Source: an uncultured virus (IMG/VR IMGVR_UViG_2690315929_000005)
Taxonomy: Duplodnaviria > Heunggongvirae > Uroviricota > Caudoviricetes
Reading direction: 5' to 3' (one strand)
IMG/VR virus record: IMGVR_UViG_2690315929_000005
Span: 49,611 to 69,610 of that record
Length of the DNA: 20,000 bases
Below are positions 16,834-20,000 of this stretch, piece by piece. The stretch's first letter is position 1. Each line of letters opens with the position of its first letter. Below the pieces are notes generated by a model, which was given only the letters and a program-made list of their open reading frames with translations, did no database searches and was not told the origin of the DNA. Both the position numbers and the translations under genes were made by a program.

Positions 16834-17022
16834 ATGTTACAACGAGAAACAATAGAAGCCGTTATGATGGAGTTAGCCCACCAGCAAGGGCATTCACTCA
16901 ATGGGCGTGATCGATTAGCGATTAGAACAGGTGTAGCACAGACAATGCAGGCTAAAGAACGTCACAGACGAAGAATGACAGCACCTACCTACCAATGGAC
17001 GAAGCCAGCACCAAAAAGATAA
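16834..17022 (+). CDS. Small basic hypothetical protein (62 aa)
   Basis: GAGGT RBS 5 nt before the ATG; protein-like sequence. Confidence 0.65.
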   Translation: MLQRETIEAVMMELAHQQGHSLNGRDRLAIRTGVAQTMQAKERHRRRMTAPTYQWTKPAPKR

Positions 17023-17146
17023 TAGGTCGCCTTGAAATTAAGGGGACGTGAGGCTCTGAAATCGGAGGCTCGTCACTGGCTGGCAATATTCCAATAATGG
17101 CTACGAGGTAAAAGTAACCACAATGCAAATAAGCACTCTGGATAAA

Positions 17147-17431
17147 TATCAATAAGTTATCTATGCTGAGAGATAAGATTACAACAAAGAGCGACGGCAA
17201 GATTACGGCAAGGTATTAACAATCAGGTTTCAGTCGGTCAATTTGACCGTTAGCAATAAAAACAATGTGTTGCCAACTCTTACCATTGGTCACTGAAACG
17301 ATGACCAATGAGCGTTAATCTGGTTTTGTTACAGAATTAAGTATTATCAATCAGTTGTATTTTGATTCCGTCGATTTACCGGAATTAAGTATAATCAACA
17401 GGTTATATCTACATACGGGATAATCCCGTAT
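17147..17431. promoter_or_regulatory. Palindromes interleaved with IHF consensus sites
   Basis: WATCAANNNNTTR matches at 17147, 17345 and 17393. Perfect inverted repeats CGGTCAA-T-TTGACCG (17235-17249), CATTGGTCA-9-TGACCAATG (17284-17310) and ATACGGGAT-A-ATCCCGTAT (17413-17431). ACGGCAAG x2 (17194, 17205). Confidence 0.7.
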
Positions 17432-17547
17432 CATCATGGATAAATTAACGTTTAGATCACCCCTAGAAATTGGAATTATTACCTATACAACCTGAATCCT
17501 ACCAGTGTTTTATTTTAACCAATAGCTTATATTGTGATGGTATCAAG

Positions 17548-17835
17548 ATGAATAAACCAAAAATGAGAAAAGCAAAATCAATCAGGATCACCACATCAGG
17601 AACGGTAATCAAAGCCCCTGAGCGAGTTAAAACAGCCACAGGTAAAGTTATGGCCACAATGACTATTCAGGCTGAGAGTGACAAGCGTAGCCCGTACCCA
17701 TTAAAGATAGTGGCATTCGATATTAACGCGCTGGAGCTAATGACCTGCCAGAAAGGAAACAAAGTAACTGCTACAGGTCGCTATGAATGGTTTAATGGTT
17801 ATCAGCTAACAGGGGCGCAGATAGTTGCTGGTTAG
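17548..17835 (+). CDS. Single-stranded DNA-binding (OB-fold) protein-like
   Basis: SGTVIKAPERVKTATGKVMATMTI...IVAFDINALELMTCQKGNKVTATGR follows the SSB OB-fold pattern and lacks an acidic tail. Start uncertain (17548 or 17563). Confidence 0.65.
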   Translation: MNKPKMRKAKSIRITTSGTVIKAPERVKTATGKVMATMTIQAESDKRSPYPLKIVAFDINALELMTCQKGNKVTATGRYEWFNGYQLTGAQIVAG

Positions 17836-18146
17836 TAAAACTTAGTATCAATAGTTACATTAGGCTACTGGCCTACTTATACGCTTGACGTTAATGTTAT
17901 ATAAATTAATTTCTATAAGTCCGAATTGAGCATGGTTAAATGTACGCTAAAGTTAGTTGTATCAAAACTTACATGATGAATGAGATAAAAATATCCAGCA
18001 ACTATAGGTAACTATATAAGATGTTTTTGTTGGTCTAATGGCATATTTTCTCTGTATTTATTCGCTTCTGGCATTTTAGCCTTATAGGTTAGATTCAATG
18101 TGGGTCGATAGACTTGCTTGGATAACAACCTAAGAGAAAGCTTAAA

Positions 18147-18332
18147 ATGAATGATACAGATTTAATACTAGAAACTGATGTTTACAAATGGTTAGGACTG
18201 AAGCGTACGGCATTATGGCGACTAAAAAAGAAGCATGAATTTCCTCTCCCTGTTTTATACCGACCAGCAAAATATCGTAAATCATTAATTCAAAAGTGGC
18301 TTGATGATGGCGGGGTGAATAGAAAAAAATGA
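18147..18332 (+). CDS. AlpA-family regulator / excisionase
   Basis: LILETDVYKWLGLKRTALWRLKKKHEFPLPV...YRKSLIQKWL is the AlpA winged-HTH pattern. Confidence 0.8.
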   Translation: MNDTDLILETDVYKWLGLKRTALWRLKKKHEFPLPVLYRPAKYRKSLIQKWLDDGGVNRKK

Positions 18333-18423
18333 ACACAGATTGAATCATACTCTCAGAATTTATAATTTAGTTGAGCTACCCTGAAAAATTCGAGGTAGTT
18401 CTCACTAATCAAAGAGGATGGTT

Positions 18424-18722
18424 ATGGAAGATGATTCACTTTTCATGGTAAAGGAATATGCAGCACTGCTTAAGCTTCTGAGTCGACTGTTTATAGAAAC
18501 CCAGCTAAGTATCATATGTTCCGTGTTGGCAGGTCATGGCGCGCCAGTAAAGAAAGCTTGAAACGATTTGAACAAGCTCAATTTGATAACAATCGCGATT
18601 ACCCAGCTGTCTTAACCCATAAAAGACAAAAAAAGGCTGATTATAAGAATAAATATGAGATTAGGATGCAAAGTGATGTGGCAAAAGAATTAGATAGGCT
18701 GTTATTTAAAGATACTAAATAA
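18424..18722 (+). pseudogene. Excisionase-like HTH (HTH_17/Xis) gene with a 1-bp deletion
   Basis: ATG 18424 (GAGGA upstream) gives MEDDSLFMVKEYAALLKL. The continuation SESTVYRNPAKYHMFRVGRSWR is in another frame from 18477. Adding one base near 18475-18477 restores a 99-aa Xis-like protein. Confidence 0.75.
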
Positions 18723-18899
18723 AAATCAATTCCACGGGTAGCTGGTTAAATAACCATGTAACGATACTTAAGTTATATCGTTATGATGGAATATTAAGTA
18801 TACATAATAATAAAGTTGTATTTTATAGTTTTTGTAATCAATAGATAAAGATTAAACAGACTAGGGAATATTTTATGTAACCAAGTAATGGAGATTAAA

Positions 18900-20000
18900 A
18901 TGAGTATAGTTTATGTGCCATGCATAAAAAACGGGATGAATGATATAAAGGCTTTATTAAATTTAAAGGAAGAGTCATCAGGTTATGTCATGCCTCTAGT
19001 GTTAACAGCAGGAACGCCTTATGGAGGGAATGGTGTAGATTTAAAAAAAGACTACTTACTAGATGAGTTTATACATAATTGGGATAAGCCATTCATTGTA
19101 GATGCCTCTAGGGCTGATTCAGATAGTGAGTCACTTTATAATTCCTACCACAACCTGACATCACAGCACGACAATTTTTCGGGTAAAATCACTTACTATT
19201 CAAGTATATATTCAATAAATAAAAAATTAATTCCAGCTATAAGTTGGCAGCTAAATGATGATATGAGAAATATTGTTCAACTCTCTCTGTATTTAGAGCA
19301 GCAATATGAAAAAATAGCAATAATCATTGATCCTAATAATAGTGAGAATTTAAATAGATTAGATACGTTGCTTTGTTTGTTTAAAGATAACTCAAGAATT
19401 ATTGTATTGCTTAATTATAATTCTATATATAACAAAGAATTACCTCAAGAGCATAAAGTTTTACCAGTGATTAGTAAATTAACCTCGCGTGGAGTGGGGA
19501 GTATAGTATTACTAAGTTCTTCATTCCCTCCAGTAAAACCTGCAATAAAAGATACATGGATACAGTCAGAGAACACTGATCTACTGTGGCAACTAACAAT
19601 GATGAATAAGTCACCCAGAGATAGCGTTATCTTATATGGTGATTATTCAGCCACATCACCTAATTCAGCAACAGAATATATACAAGGGATGCAAATAATT
19701 CCAAGTGTGACTTATTTTAGAGGCGGTATTTGGTATCAAATAAAATCAGGTGTAGACAAAGAATTTTCAAAATATAAAGACATAGCAAACGAACTAATCA
19801 GATTGGATTTCTTTCATGGCTCAACATTTTGTTGGGGTGCTGAAAATATTTATGATATTGCAACCAATAGAGACAGGAAAGGAGGCACCCCAGGAACATG
19901 GAATGGGTATAAAATTAATGTTCATGTAGAGGAAACGATCAGAATTTTAAAAGACTATTACAGTACTCCACTTGAAAATTACGATGAAGATAGTGAATAG
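18900..20000 (+). CDS. Beta-family protein (T4 beta-like, TIM-barrel-type cargo)
   Basis: YVPCIK...LLSSSFP...YGDY...FCWG...GTPGTW...INVH pattern of the Beta_protein family; GGAG RBS before ATG 18900; the stop is the last codon of the window. Confidence 0.75.
   Translation: MSIVYVPCIKNGMNDIKALLNLKEESSGYVMPLVLTAGTPYGGNGVDLKKDYLLDEFIHNWDKPFIVDASRADSDSESLYNSYHNLTSQHDNFSGKITYYSSIYSINKKLIPAISWQLNDDMRNIVQLSLYLEQQYEKIAIIIDPNNSENLNRLDTLLCLFKDNSRIIVLLNYNSIYNKELPQEHKVLPVISKLTSRGVGSIVLLSSSFPPVKPAIKDTWIQSENTDLLWQLTMMNKSPRDSVILYGDYSATSPNSATEYIQGMQIIPSVTYFRGGIWYQIKSGVDKEFSKYKDIANELIRLDFFHGSTFCWGAENIYDIATNRDRKGGTPGTWNGYKINVHVEETIRILKDYYSTPLENYDEDSE

Larger units (their letters stand above)
1..18722 (+). mobile_element. 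Phage satellite (PICI/P4-like island), internal portion; boundaries not resolved
   Basis: Co-oriented antirepressor, ash/icd with C4 RNA, P4-alpha-like primase, iteron origin, ProQ/FinO, SSB-like and AlpA genes, plus AT-rich cargo. No capsid, terminase, lysis or integrase gene in the window. Confidence 0.8.

Noticed and set aside
16985..17200. Minus-strand 71-aa ORF
   Set aside because: No RBS or recognisable motif; it overlaps the repeat/IHF region and the 62-aa gene.
1..20000. Complete prophage, integrase, att site or tRNA
   Set aside because: No capsid, terminase, lysis or integrase ORF, and no tRNA or long boundary repeat recognised within the window.

Overview
The window appears to lie inside an integrated phage satellite (PICI/P4-like). 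Base composition is AT-rich and the genes are enterobacterial in style, possibly Morganellaceae (inference). Almost all genes are on the + strand. Left arm: an early operon with an AntA-type antirepressor, an Ash/Icd region containing a complete C4-type antisense RNA switch, an ORF6N protein and several small translationally coupled ORFs. It ends in a P4-alpha-like Zn-ribbon/TOPRIM/DUF927 primase-helicase followed by a 13-copy TGAGACAAC iteron origin. Middle: a ProQ/FinO gene frameshifted at a C9 tract, a lipoprotein, and a late cassette encoding a ~1076-aa siphophage tape-measure-like protein plus an HK97-gp10-like tail completion protein. No capsid, portal, terminase or tail tube gene is visible in the window. 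Right arm: defence-like cargo (Abi_2/AbiF HEPN gene with an upstream structured RNA, a PD-(D/E)xK-like nuclease, a beta-family protein), an RHH gene lacking its ATG, an SSB-like gene, AlpA and a frameshifted Xis. Several stretches are dense arrays of non-identical short palindromes and 10-12-bp-period direct repeats, some interleaved with IHF consensus sites. These arrays and the tail-only late module are the most unusual signals. No integrase or att site was identified. Family assignments come from motif recognition, not database searches.
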